IMG/VR virus record: IMGVR_UViG_3300042945_002791
Length of the DNA stretch: 64,000 nucleotides
From: a virus
Direction: 5' to 3' (one strand)
Shown here: in pieces, positions 22,157 to 32,500 of the stretch
Layout: every line of letters starts with the position of its first letter
Position numbering within the stretch: position 1 is the first letter of the stretch
The notes under the pieces: generated by a model
What the model was told of the DNA's origin: nothing
Seen by the model: the letters and a program-made list of their open reading frames with translations, nothing else
Database searches by the model: none
Position numbers and translations under genes: made by a program

Positions 22157-23320
22157 TTATTGAATATAGTAATCATTTAAAATCATTTCCCTATACCCAT
22201 TCATGGAAGTACTTTTATTCTTAGTTGGAAGGGACGAAAAATAACATCTGCTATTCATATTTTTAATAAATTCTTTTACAATTACCTTTACCTGAAACCT
22301 AGAAAGACCTGCCCCTAAGCAGTAGTGAGGGCCGCCCCCAAAAGCTAGATGCATATTTGAATTATTTCTTGATGGAATAATTTTATGAGCGTTTTTAAAC
22401 ATTAAAGAATCTCTGTTTGCTGACGCTATATGTAGTATAACGTACTCATTTTTAACGAGGCTAAACCCATCGATCTTAATATCTCTAGAAACTCTTCTTG
22501 TAATAAAATTCAAACTAGAAGAGTGCCTAAATAGTTCTTCTATCGTATTTTTTTCCTCTATGCTGGAAAGCACATTGTTTGCCATGTCTTTGTCTTTTAC
22601 AAACTCATATGCTAAGGATGTAAAAGTGTTTAGATTTGTTTCAAACCCACCTATAAATAGCATTATACAAAGAGATATTATTTCTTCATTACTAAGACTA
22701 TCTCCACCATCTGTGTAGCTTTTTAAATATTTAAAAACGCCAGTTTCTTTTTTCTTATACTTAGTGCCATATAACATGTTTACAAGGTAGGTAAAAACCT
22801 TTTCTGTTCCTTCAGAATGTTTTTGATAGTCTTCTTTTGAAAGATAATTATTAAGAACTAACATGGCATCATTTGTCCAGTTTGCTATAAATGAATGATC
22901 TTCTTCAGGAATAATTTCTACCCCTAATATTTCACATATAGAGTAAAATGGAATAGGGAAGGCAATATCCGAAACTAGGTCAAATTGACTTTTGTTTTTT
23001 AATGATTTAAAAGTTTTTTTAACGTTATTTTCAATATTATTTTCAATTTGATCTACAGAAGAGTTAGAAAAAAATGGGTTTAATATTTTTCTATACTTTG
23101 CATGTTCTTCTCCGTCTAAATTTAAAAGGCTATGAATATAGTTTTCTTGATAAGATTCCTTCATTTGCCTAACTAAATAAGGATTTCTTATAAAACTTTT
23201 AACCTGATCATAACCGGTTATAAGCCAATAGTTTTCCGAAATTTTTAGTACCGGATTTTGCTTTCTTATTGTTTCAAGAATATTTTCTTGATCTCTTAAA
23301 TCTAATTCTATAGCATTCAT
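22157..23320 (-). CDS. Cytochrome P450
   Basis: LDGEEHAKYR, I-helix GGFET, EELFR (ExxR), SANRD, heme motif FGGGPHYCLG. Confidence 0.93.
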   Translation of the reverse strand: MNAIELDLRDQENILETIRKQNPVLKISENYWLITGYDQVKSFIRNPYLVRQMKESYQENYIHSLLNLDGEEHAKYRKILNPFFSNSSVDQIENNIENNVKKTFKSLKNKSQFDLVSDIAFPIPFYSICEILGVEIIPEEDHSFIANWTNDAMLVLNNYLSKEDYQKHSEGTEKVFTYLVNMLYGTKYKKKETGVFKYLKSYTDGGDSLSNEEIISLCIMLFIGGFETNLNTFTSLAYEFVKDKDMANNVLSSIEEKNTIEELFRHSSSLNFITRRVSRDIKIDGFSLVKNEYVILHIASANRDSLMFKNAHKIIPSRNNSNMHLAFGGGPHYCLGAGLSRFQVKVIVKEFIKNMNSRCYFSSLPTKNKSTSMNGYREMILNDYYIQ

Positions 23321-24675
23321 GCAAGAGCTTTTATCCTATTGAATGAATTGATTAAACTTTCTTTTACTTTGTCTGCACTAAAAATTTCTTTAAAAGAAGT
23401 AATACCTACATAAAGGTAATCATTTTGTTTTCTAAAATGAAGTGTTACACCTATTGATCCAGGAACACTTATCGGCATACTAATACCGTAGGATTCTTCT
23501 ATTTTCTTTCCATGAACAGTAGTTTTAGATAAAATATCAACATTAAAATAAGTAGTAGATGTTGCTATAGGAAAGAAATCTTTTTTGTATTTTGGTATCT
23601 TTTTTTTACCGTTCCAGTCGCACATGTTTGCATATCTAAAACCTTTTTGTGCTGAAGATATATTTGGATTGGTCCTAAAAGCCTTTGCGTAGTCTTTGTG
23701 GGCACTTGTGTTTAGCATGTGTGTTTGATTGCCAATTGATTGTTTAATACGCATTATTGCTTTATCAATAGAAACTTCTGAGGTTGGCACATCTACCATT
23801 AACGTAATAATTTCATTTCCATAGTGCTTAATGTCACCATAACTTCTTGGGATTAAAGAAATAAGATCTTTTTTTTCTACAACTTTTTCACCCAATATTC
23901 CTTGATAGCACAATGTTTCTAATAAAAAAGAAAACTCAAGAGTAGATATAGATTTATCTTTGAGATACGATTCAATTTCATTTAAATTAAATTTAACAAA
24001 ACTAAAATCTAATGAATACTCTTTTTTATTTCTCCACTCACCTCTGTATATATTTTCTCTTTTAAATTGTTTGATTTTTGTTTGTTTATTATTTTTTGTA
24101 ATAAATCCTTTTAAAAACAAATAATACATTTTTAAAATTTTAATTGATTTATTAAAGTAGGATCTTTTTTTTGAAACGGTATTTAAATTGTTGATTTTTT
24201 TTCTATCTTTAAAATAATCTGAAAAAGCAGCTGACTCTGAAAGCTGAGTGCCATCACCCATAGCGTGATGACATCTTCTAAGTACGTATGTATTTTTTGA
24301 ATAATTTATAATATGATACTCCCAAAGAGGTTTATCTAATTGTATTTCTTTGATCCATATTTTTTTAACTAGAGTATTAAATTCTTCTTGAGAAAAAACA
24401 TTATATTCAAAAACGTGATTATTAATATTAAAATTTTTATCCGTAACATAATATGGGTAGTCATTTTTTATCTTACTTTCTACAATTTTACTAGAAAGTA
24501 TGGGATAAATATTAATTCTTTTATTTAAGTTTTCTATAATTTTTTCTTTAAATGGTAGCTTTTCTGTATTATCAAATTTAAATAATCCACCAACGATTGC
24601 GTTTTTTTTGTTATTTTTATCGCTATAAAATTTATAGTCAACGAAGTTCATCTGCATCGTTTTTTTCATACACAT
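23317..24675 (-). CDS. WS/DGAT-like (condensation-fold) acyltransferase
   Basis: FNINNHV...LDKPLWEYHII...HHAMGDG (HHxxxDG catalytic motif); exact start uncertain. Confidence 0.8.
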   Translation of the reverse strand: MCMKKTMQMNFVDYKFYSDKNNKKNAIVGGLFKFDNTEKLPFKEKIIENLNKRINIYPILSSKIVESKIKNDYPYYVTDKNFNINNHVFEYNVFSQEEFNTLVKKIWIKEIQLDKPLWEYHIINYSKNTYVLRRCHHAMGDGTQLSESAAFSDYFKDRKKINNLNTVSKKRSYFNKSIKILKMYYLFLKGFITKNNKQTKIKQFKRENIYRGEWRNKKEYSLDFSFVKFNLNEIESYLKDKSISTLEFSFLLETLCYQGILGEKVVEKKDLISLIPRSYGDIKHYGNEIITLMVDVPTSEVSIDKAIMRIKQSIGNQTHMLNTSAHKDYAKAFRTNPNISSAQKGFRYANMCDWNGKKKIPKYKKDFFPIATSTTYFNVDILSKTTVHGKKIEESYGISMPISVPGSIGVTLHFRKQNDYLYVGITSFKEIFSADKVKESLINSFNRIKALA

Positions 24676-24922
24676 ACTCTTTTACTAATTCTTTGTCTTC
24701 ATAAACTTTTACTGTATTTTTACCAACAAAATCTAATTCAAAATTAAAAATTGCTATTTGATTTGTAATTTTTATTGGTTTTATTTTTTTCTTTTTTACC
24801 TTAAAAACTAAAGGGTAAATAAAAACAAAAATAGAATCAGAACTTATTATATCTGATTCTATCTCGGCATGTATTTGTATTTTATTAATATTTACTATAT
24901 TATGTTCTAAATTAATTGTCAC
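24638..24922 (-). CDS. Hypothetical protein
   Basis: 94 aa ORF overlapping its neighbours in the operon. Confidence 0.4.
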   Translation of the reverse strand: MTINLEHNIVNINKIQIHAEIESDIISSDSIFVFIYPLVFKVKKKKIKPIKITNQIAIFNFELDFVGKNTVKVYEDKELVKEYVYEKNDADELR

Positions 24923-25148
24923 TGTCTTTTAACTGATTAAGCTTTTCTTTTGTGTTGTCAATTTTTTGAACTAATACTGCAATACCAGAATGAACACCTG
25001 AGTCTGGATTATATTGGAAGGTAACAGGATCAAAGTCCTCAAAGTCTATCCCACCAGCAGCCAGTTTGAGTATTAGCTCTTTTTCTAGTTGCTTAATAGT
25101 ATTCTGTACTGCTAAAATTGTTTCTTCTTTTGAGAGAGAGAATTTCAT
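24912..25148 (-). CDS. Small helical protein (paralogue family)
   Basis: MKFSLS...LAAGGIDFEDFDP; similar to 25151. Confidence 0.6.
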   Translation of the reverse strand: MKFSLSKEETILAVQNTIKQLEKELILKLAAGGIDFEDFDPVTFQYNPDSGVHSGIAVLVQKIDNTKEKLNQLKDSDN

Positions 25149-25150
25149 AT

Positions 25151-25378
25151 TTAACCTTGAAGCTCACTAATTTTTCTAACTATATTTTGATATTTCTGAA
25201 GGAACAATGAAAGACCCCTATGGTGTATCGAATCTTCATCTGGGACAAATGTATCGGGATCAAACTGCTCTGGGTCAAAACCGTTTTGAAGAAGCTCTTC
25301 ATATAAAACAGGTTCGATTAATAATTTTGTTTTATTTAAAATTTCTAATTTAACGCTATTTTGTAAATTAAAATTCAT
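25151..25378 (-). CDS. Small helical protein (paralogue family)
   Basis: MNFNLQ...LLQNGFDPEQFDP; GGAG RBS. Confidence 0.6.
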   Translation of the reverse strand: MNFNLQNSVKLEILNKTKLLIEPVLYEELLQNGFDPEQFDPDTFVPDEDSIHHRGLSLFLQKYQNIVRKISELQG

Positions 25379-25441
25379 TATATCTCCAAGGATTTTTGAT
25401 AGGGTGCGAGCGCCAAAATAAATAGTAATGCTTTAAGGCTT

Positions 25442-26152
25442 TTACTCACCTAAATGTGGTTCATTTAGTTTTTCGAGACCATCATGTTTTGGCCCTATTT
25501 GCTCACCTTTTTCGTTCAAGCCAGTTCTAATTCCGTTCATCCATTTCCATGGATTTTCTACCCTATTTTTTTCTTTTGCCTCCCAGTATTCAGATCTTTC
25601 TTTCATAAGATCCTCTTTTTCCCAAACTCCATCAATCGTAAAAGTAGTGTCTAAAAGATCATTATTTTTATAAAAATTAAAAAACATAAATGGAGTTCCT
25701 TTTTCAAAAACTATTGGCTCTCCAACTTTTGTTATATACCAATTCATATTAAATTCATCTGGCCACCAATCTGTAGGTATAGAGGCTGACAAAGGCATTA
25801 CTCCATTAATAACATGGTTTGGCGATCCACTTATCCAAGTGCTGTAACCTGGTTCAGTTTTAATTATCCAACTTGTACAGAATGAAACTATATTTAATAT
25901 AGAAGGCATAACCAATGGTCTTCCATCTAACATTTCCCCGCTCAATACTCTAGGAATAGTGTCTGGAGCATCTAATTGAACTATAACATCTTGTGGAAGA
26001 ATCAACTCCCAACCATGAACATTTGCTGTTGTCATTGGCAAGCATCTGTAGGCGTGTTTGTTGTATGTGTTGTCCATCCAGTCTCTTTTTAGTCTGGATT
26101 GTTTTATAAGCGGGGGATTTTGAGTCATCTTAGTAAGATTGACATTCGGCAT
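25442..26152 (-). CDS. DUF6065-like protein
   Basis: RDWMD...HAYRCLPMTTANVHGWE...SGSPN...TDWWP..F.MNW pattern recalled for this family. Confidence 0.7.
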   Translation of the reverse strand: MPNVNLTKMTQNPPLIKQSRLKRDWMDNTYNKHAYRCLPMTTANVHGWELILPQDVIVQLDAPDTIPRVLSGEMLDGRPLVMPSILNIVSFCTSWIIKTEPGYSTWISGSPNHVINGVMPLSASIPTDWWPDEFNMNWYITKVGEPIVFEKGTPFMFFNFYKNNDLLDTTFTIDGVWEKEDLMKERSEYWEAKEKNRVENPWKWMNGIRTGLNEKGEQIGPKHDGLEKLNEPHLGE

Positions 26153-26153
26153 T

Positions 26154-26849
26154 CTAGATTTCCTTAAGTTTTATTTTTTGTGATTTTTCTATATCTTCTG
26201 GTTTTGGAACATTACTAGAAACATCCTTATCCATAACGTGTGTTCTGTCATTATAGTCAAACATTGTTACTGCGGAATACTTAACTCCATCAATTACAGG
26301 CAGAGAGGCATGGGAATACATATAGTTAGACGGGAAAAGAAATATGTCGCCTTTTTCTGGTTTAAATGTTATATCTTGTGCTGGAAACCAAAGTTCTCCG
26401 CCTTCGTAATCATCGTTAAAATAACCAACTGATGATACTGTGCAAGAGTAGGAGAATCCATCGTCTGAATGAACCTGGAAATGTTGACCTACTTCATATC
26501 TAACAAAGTTTATAGCTTCCATGTATTCCATTTTAATATTAAATCTTTTTTCATAATCAACCAAACATTGTCTTATGATAGATTCAGTCTCTTCGTGAAC
26601 CTTTTTTATCTCTTCAAATTCTGGAGTTATCCAATCCCAATGAAGAGGGCTTATCTTTAAATCTACACAATCTCTATAGTCTGGTTTTGATTCATTATAT
26701 CCGACTAAAGCTTCTTTCCACTTAAAGTATTCATGATTACTATCTTTAAGAACTGCTTCAAGTCTTTCCGGAGCATTAATCTCATCTAATCCGGTATTCC
26801 TATATAGGACTATTCCGAAGTTATAGTCCCCAACATTGTAAGCTTTCAT
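26154..26849 (-). CDS. Fe(II)/2OG oxygenase, prolyl-4-hydroxylase-like
   Basis: VRYEVGQHFQVHSD...YFNDDYEGGEL.F...HAS..V..GVKY. Confidence 0.88.
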   Translation of the reverse strand: MKAYNVGDYNFGIVLYRNTGLDEINAPERLEAVLKDSNHEYFKWKEALVGYNESKPDYRDCVDLKISPLHWDWITPEFEEIKKVHEETESIIRQCLVDYEKRFNIKMEYMEAINFVRYEVGQHFQVHSDDGFSYSCTVSSVGYFNDDYEGGELWFPAQDITFKPEKGDIFLFPSNYMYSHASLPVIDGVKYSAVTMFDYNDRTHVMDKDVSSNVPKPEDIEKSQKIKLKEI

Positions 26850-26903
26850 TGTTTTCTTCTTTCGTGTAAGAATTTATTATTGATGATATACTACTACTAA
26901 ACA

Positions 26904-26935
26904 GTGTATCATACACTAATCAGTGTATCATACAC
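26904..26935. promoter_or_regulatory. Tandem pair of identical 13-bp palindromes (operator-like)
   Basis: GTGTAT-C-ATACAC at 26904-26916 and 26923-26935, between divergent genes. Confidence 0.5.
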
Positions 26936-26954
26936 CATCTTTAAAAAGGCTTTT

Positions 26955-27590
26955 ATGCAACAAAAAAATACTGAAATCTCATTGGTTAAACCTGGACATT
27001 TTGGAAAATCTACTGATAATATTAAAATTTTAAATAACTTCATTGAACTTAATGACCTAAAATTGATTCAATCTTTCCTACCTAAAATCAATAAATGGAT
27101 GGATGCTGGAGAAAATCAATACTCAGAAGATGGAACATGTACTTATGACGCATCATACTGGTCTAATAGACAATGTAGTTGGGATATATTAAAAGAGTTG
27201 TCTATAGAAATATATTGTTTAGTTGAAAAATATATAATTAAAATGAAGGTATACTTAGAGCAGGAGTTTAAAGTAGAACTTTCATATAGGCCACCAGTAA
27301 TTGTAAGATGGTTTTCCGGCTTAGAGCAGCAACCGCATGCCGACAAGCAGTTGAATGACGGTTCTCCTAATCCGTTTCCAACATACGATTTAAATTCACT
27401 TTTTTATTACAATGACGAATTTGAAGGTGGACAATTATATTATCCAGATCATGATATAGAAATAACTCCATCACCAGGACTTGCCGTAGCTCATCCAGGA
27501 GATATCTATTATTTACATGGGGTAAAAAAGGTCATTTCAGGAGAAAGATTTACTACGCCATCTTTTTATACTATTACTGAGTTAAAATAA
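26955..27590 (+). CDS. Fe(II)/2OG oxygenase, prolyl-4-hydroxylase-like
   Basis: VRW..G..QQPHADK...YYNDEFEGGQLY...HGV..GERFT; start set to ATG 26955. Confidence 0.88.
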   Translation: MQQKNTEISLVKPGHFGKSTDNIKILNNFIELNDLKLIQSFLPKINKWMDAGENQYSEDGTCTYDASYWSNRQCSWDILKELSIEIYCLVEKYIIKMKVYLEQEFKVELSYRPPVIVRWFSGLEQQPHADKQLNDGSPNPFPTYDLNSLFYYNDEFEGGQLYYPDHDIEITPSPGLAVAHPGDIYYLHGVKKVISGERFTTPSFYTITELK

Positions 27591-27591
27591 T

Positions 27592-28383
27592 ATGTTAAAT
27601 ATAAAATCTATTAAAAATTCTTCTTATAGTGATATTGTTGCAAATGTTGATGATTATATAAAAATATTTTTAGATAATGGATTAGTATGCTTTAAGCAAG
27701 TATACTTATCTACTTTTGAGCAGGAACACGTTGTTAATCTTTTTGCAGAAAAGTTAAAGTGGAACTATGTATCAGACGTGCATACAGAAGACCATATTTA
27801 TACAATCTCTATGCACGAAAAAACTTTTGATAAAGATGAAATAATAATTGACTGGCACATCGAACATTTAGAAAGAATGTACACTCAAGTTGCAACTTCT
27901 TGGAATATGACAAAATTTACATGCCCTAAAGGTCATGGTAATACTGGCTTTATAGATTCTTCTTATCTGTATTCTCTAATGCCTGATGATTGGCAAGAGT
28001 TTTTAAAGTCCATAATAGTTACCCATAGAACAATGAACTTTCCTCATAGAAGATGCGTAATAAAACATAGGAATAGTGGAAAAAATATTTTAAGATTAAT
28101 TCCACATTTTGCTGAAGATTTATTAGTAAGTGTTAACAATAATAATCCTTCTGATCAAGAATTTCTACTATTTAATAAAATTAAAACATGGTATTGTAAT
28201 CAAGTTAGAAATAATGAATCTATTCAAATGTGGCAGCAATGGGATGAAGGGGATTGCATAGTTCTAGATCTTCTTTATATGATTCATTGCGTAAAAGGTG
28301 GATTCACCTCAAAGGATAGACAGTTTACTAGGAACTGGGCTTATGCTAAGAAATCAGATTTTTTGAAATATGCCAAACAATAA
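27592..28383 (+). CDS. TauD/TfdA-family dioxygenase
   Basis: NGLVCFK, WHIE, G.GNTGFID, W.EGD.IVLD...H...R motifs. Confidence 0.8.
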   Translation: MLNIKSIKNSSYSDIVANVDDYIKIFLDNGLVCFKQVYLSTFEQEHVVNLFAEKLKWNYVSDVHTEDHIYTISMHEKTFDKDEIIIDWHIEHLERMYTQVATSWNMTKFTCPKGHGNTGFIDSSYLYSLMPDDWQEFLKSIIVTHRTMNFPHRRCVIKHRNSGKNILRLIPHFAEDLLVSVNNNNPSDQEFLLFNKIKTWYCNQVRNNESIQMWQQWDEGDCIVLDLLYMIHCVKGGFTSKDRQFTRNWAYAKKSDFLKYAKQ

Positions 28384-28393
28384 CAAAGCTTAA

Positions 28394-29086
28394 TTAAGCT
28401 TGCAAGTCACCTAGAGCGACCCATGTATCTGTGCCTCTTTTAATTAAAGTTACAGAAGACCATTGGGCTCTAAGTTTTAATCCTGGAGTTGCATTAACGG
28501 TAACGCCAGAACCTGCAACTAACGTAGTTTGCCCAGCTCCTACCTGAAGAATAGTTATCTGACTTCCTATTGGAAATGCTACTGATGTATTCGTCGGAAT
28601 GGTTACCGTATTAGCTGAAGCAACATTCATTTCAATTAGCTTATCTTTATCAGCTAAGACAAGAGTGTAACTAGCTACTTGAGAATTTGTTATTAAATTA
28701 GAAGATGTAAAATCTAATGATATTGTTCCATTACCAACTTTTATTTTTTTGTTAGTAGAATCCCAAAAAATTACAGCATCGGTTGTAGAAGAAGTGGTTG
28801 AAAGCGTTAACGAAGATGGAGCCAGAATTGTTATTGGGCCATTTACCCATCCGCTAGCACTACTATACTTAAGAACGTGTTGATCTGCAACACTGTTGAT
28901 AGAAACATCTGTTAAGTCATTAAGACTTGCAGATGCTGGGGCTGCAGAAAATTGCACTATAGCATCGGAGCTGTTTCTATAATATAGTTTTCCGTCGGCA
29001 TAATTGATGGCTAATTCACCATAAGCTAAAGATGTCGGTATTTGACTTGTAGTTCCACTTCTTTTTATCTGTATGGTATTAGCCAT
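28394..29086 (-). CDS. Short fibre/appendage protein
   Basis: MANTIQIKRS...GELAINYADGKLYY N-terminal module; LNDLTDV repeat; C-terminal domain shared with 29511-33110. Confidence 0.7.
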   Translation of the reverse strand: MANTIQIKRSGTTSQIPTSLAYGELAINYADGKLYYRNSSDAIVQFSAAPASASLNDLTDVSINSVADQHVLKYSSASGWVNGPITILAPSSLTLSTTSSTTDAVIFWDSTNKKIKVGNGTISLDFTSSNLITNSQVASYTLVLADKDKLIEMNVASANTVTIPTNTSVAFPIGSQITILQVGAGQTTLVAGSGVTVNATPGLKLRAQWSSVTLIKRGTDTWVALGDLQA

Positions 29087-29100
29087 AGTTTTTCTCTATT

Positions 29101-29508
29101 TTATTTAAAGCCTGGACAGAAGGACGGTCCAAATGGCGGAGGAAAGAACGGTGGGAAGAATGGCGGGAAGAATGGTGGAAAGAATGGAGGGAAGAATGGT
29201 GGGAAGAATGGAGGGAAGAATGGAGGGAAGAATGGTGGGAAGTATGGAGAATATTTCTCATAAGATACATCTTCTTTTCTTGGGTAAACAGTATTAGCAA
29301 CGGGCGATTGAGAGGTTACGTCATCTAATTCGGTTAACCTTGTTCCTGCAGCGTCATCTAAAGGAGTCGTACTAACGGTTCCTTTATCAAATCCCGCATC
29401 TGTAATCCTAAATGTAGGATTATTTGGATCAGGGGCATTGTCGTCTAATCCAATTAAGTTTGGAACATTATTTTTTCTTGGTCCTGTATTATTTCCACTA
29501 ATAGCCAT
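29101..29508 (-). CDS. PASTA-like domain protein with C-terminal (PPFF)8 repeat
   Basis: VPNLIG...DAGF..G.V...VTSQSPVANT resembles PASTA; the C-terminus is SPYF(PPFF)8PPPFGPSFCPGFK. Confidence 0.7.
   Translation of the reverse strand: MAISGNNTGPRKNNVPNLIGLDDNAPDPNNPTFRITDAGFDKGTVSTTPLDDAAGTRLTELDDVTSQSPVANTVYPRKEDVSYEKYSPYFPPFFPPFFPPFFPPFFPPFFPPFFPPFFPPFFPPPFGPSFCPGFK
29138..29241. repeat. 12-bp tandem repeat (GGNGGRAAGAAY), ~8 copies, encoding PPFF
   Basis: Directly visible; variation is confined to synonymous positions of the minus-strand frame. Confidence 0.95.
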
Positions 29509-29510
29509 AA

Positions 29511-32500
29511 TTACGCCTGCAAATCTCCTATAGCAACCCACATATTGGTATCTAACTTAATAAGTGTAGCAGATGACCACTGTGATCGCAACATTTTTCC
29601 TGGAGTAGCATTTACTGTTACTCCAGCTTCTTGTGTTATTGTTAAACTTCCAGATCCTTTTCTTAAAATATCAATTTTATCACCTATAGTAAAGGCTTGA
29701 GAAGAATCTAAAGGTACAGTTACTGTCATTGGGGATGAGTTATCCATAGTAATTAATTTTCCTAAATCAGATAAAATTAAATTATAATTAGTTCCAGTTT
29801 GAACATTTACTTCTGATCTAGATATTGTGCTATTAACAGATATAGTAGGAGTTGCTGCTTCCCCTGAATTATTAGAAATACTAATTCCAGATCCCGCAAC
29901 TAAGTTTTGAACATAATTACCATTTGTATCAGAAGATAAATTTATATTAGAATTAACCCATTGAGATCCATTCCACTTTAGGTACTCACCAGATGATGGC
30001 GATGGAACAGTAACATCTCCAATCGCATCTAACTGAGATACTGTTGCTGTAAATGTTTTCGCAATCCACTGAGATGTTACAGAATCCCATGCCAATACCT
30101 GATCGCTAGACGGAGTTGCGGCAGAAACGTTCTGGATATCATCAATGCTTGAAATAGGTGGAATTTGTGAATTTACCCAATTTGATCCATCATATTTTAA
30201 AAATTCACCAGAAGAAACAGATGATATAGCAACATCTGAAAGCTCATCTAAAGATGAAGTTAAGGCAGCCCCACTCAGTGCTGCATATATTGACACTCTT
30301 ACTGAATTAGAACTAGGTGGAGTTTCAAAATAGATTGTAATAGAATTTAGCGTAGTGGCTTCCCACAATGTATTAAAATTAGAATACGGGGATGTTGTTT
30401 CTGTAAAGTTAACAACAACATCTCTTGTACTTAAATTGTGATTAATGACAAATGTGATATCTGTGCTATTTCCTATAGTTGCAAAATGCGTAGTTCCTTC
30501 TACCGAACTTGGACTAACGGAGTTCACCCATTGTGTTCCATCGTACTTAATAACTTGATTTGGAGTCGCTGCAGTGATTACTACATCACTTAGTCCATCT
30601 AGACTTAAAGGAATAGCTGCGTTTGCCCACTGTGAACCATTCCAAATTAAACCTTCTCCAGCATTTACTGTACTGACATTAACATCATTAAGGTCATTTA
30701 TTGAAGCGCTAGATAGTGCAGCTGAGTGATCGTGTGCATCGTGTCTAGATACATTAAAATACTGAGTATGATCGTCATCAGAAAGCCCAGTCATTAGACC
30801 ATGATCAGATACTGCAGTTGCAGCTCCGCCTATGCCTGCACTAATTATTTGCCTGAGGTCTAATAGATTAACAAATTTTGTTTTAGGAGAGTTTTCATAG
30901 GAAGTTGCTGTTTGGAATACTATTTTGTACAGTGGCCTAAATTCTACTACTGGAAAACCAGCTAAGTCTAACTCATCCCAAATTGAAGCTTCTGCTGAAC
31001 CTTGATCTGTATATTGAGCTTGACCCATTATAGAAATAATTGGTTCATTTAAATTGTTTGTTGCTACAACAAACATTACTCCAAATTTACTGTTATCAAT
31101 TGCAGTTGACGACCAAGTGCCCGCAGTATTTAAGTTAAACTGTGCTCGTGTTCCACCATTTTTAACAGGAAATTGAGTAGCTACATCTTTTGTCCAATGA
31201 TTATTTAATCTATAAAAAACTGGTATGTATGCACCTGATTGAAGCCTCTGTTGCCAAGTATTTGCAGTTGGAGATGAAGCGTGTTCAATATCAACTTGAA
31301 GATCTTCGTCAAAGAATGTTCCATTAGCTATATCTATCTGAGCATGCGAGTCTTCTGATCCATCACCATTAGGCGGCCCACCAATGATTGATGAGTACCA
31401 GCTTGCGCCAAATCCATTTGCAATTGCTGCTCCACGAGTTCTGTGTAGGTATTCATGAGTTGCCCAGTCAAGAGTTACACCATGTCTTTCATCCGCAAAG
31501 AAGTACGCCTTATTATCATTTTCATTCCAATAAATATATGCTGTTGGAGTGTCCTGATCCCATGTAAAGAATGTTGTCTTATAAGCAAGAGATCCAGATG
31601 AGTTAAAATAAATATAATATAAACCAGATGTGTCTGGTATCGTTACTGATTCAGTAGTTGTTTTAACATATCTTTTACCAGTACACCAAACAGTATATGA
31701 AGTTGATACGGGCGCAATAGAAAATTGTCTTGAACCCTCATCAAAAGATATGACGCTGTCAGCTTTATTCTCATGACCAATTGGCTCAGAAGATGGGCGA
31801 ACTGTATTAACCCAAGCTGTGCCGTCATATTCAAGTATCTGACCATTTTGAGCTGATGTTATTGTTAAGTCAGAAAGGTCATTAATACTTCCGCTAAAAG
31901 AAATATTTGGTGTTGCGCCTTCGCCAGAATTATTTGTAATTGTAATTCCATTGCCAGCAACTAAATTTTTAACATAGTCACCAACAGTATCTGTTGTTAA
32001 ATTAACTGGATCATTAATCCAGTTTGATCCGTTGTATCTTAAGAAGTCCCCATTAGCAGCGTCTGTAATAACTACGTCTGACAAATCGGATATTTCATGA
32101 TTAGAAATATCAGATACAGTACCAGTTACATTACCAACAAGACTTGCATTAACAGTATTAAATGTTACTGTATCAGTAGTTCCTACCGATTGGCCGATTG
32201 ATATAGTTGGAGTAGAACCTTCTCCAGTGTTATTTAATAAACTTACGCCAGTTCCTGCAACTAAAGATGCCACATAGTTGCCCGTAGTATCTGTTCCAAG
32301 AGCTACGGAATTAGCTACTATTGTAGCAACGCCAGTATTGGATATTGTAATATCTCCCGATATTGTCGTGTATGTTGGGACTCCTGATGCATTAGCAATT
32401 ATTATTTGCCCAGAAGTGCCAGATGCTAACTTGGATATAGCAATTGCTGCTGACGCATTAATGTCAGCATCAACGATAACTGCTGAAGATATTGCTGTTA

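Noticed and set aside
29138-29241. CRISPR array or plus-strand (GGKN)n protein
   Set aside because: 12-bp units with no spacers; the minus frame fits the operon and carries an upstream domain.
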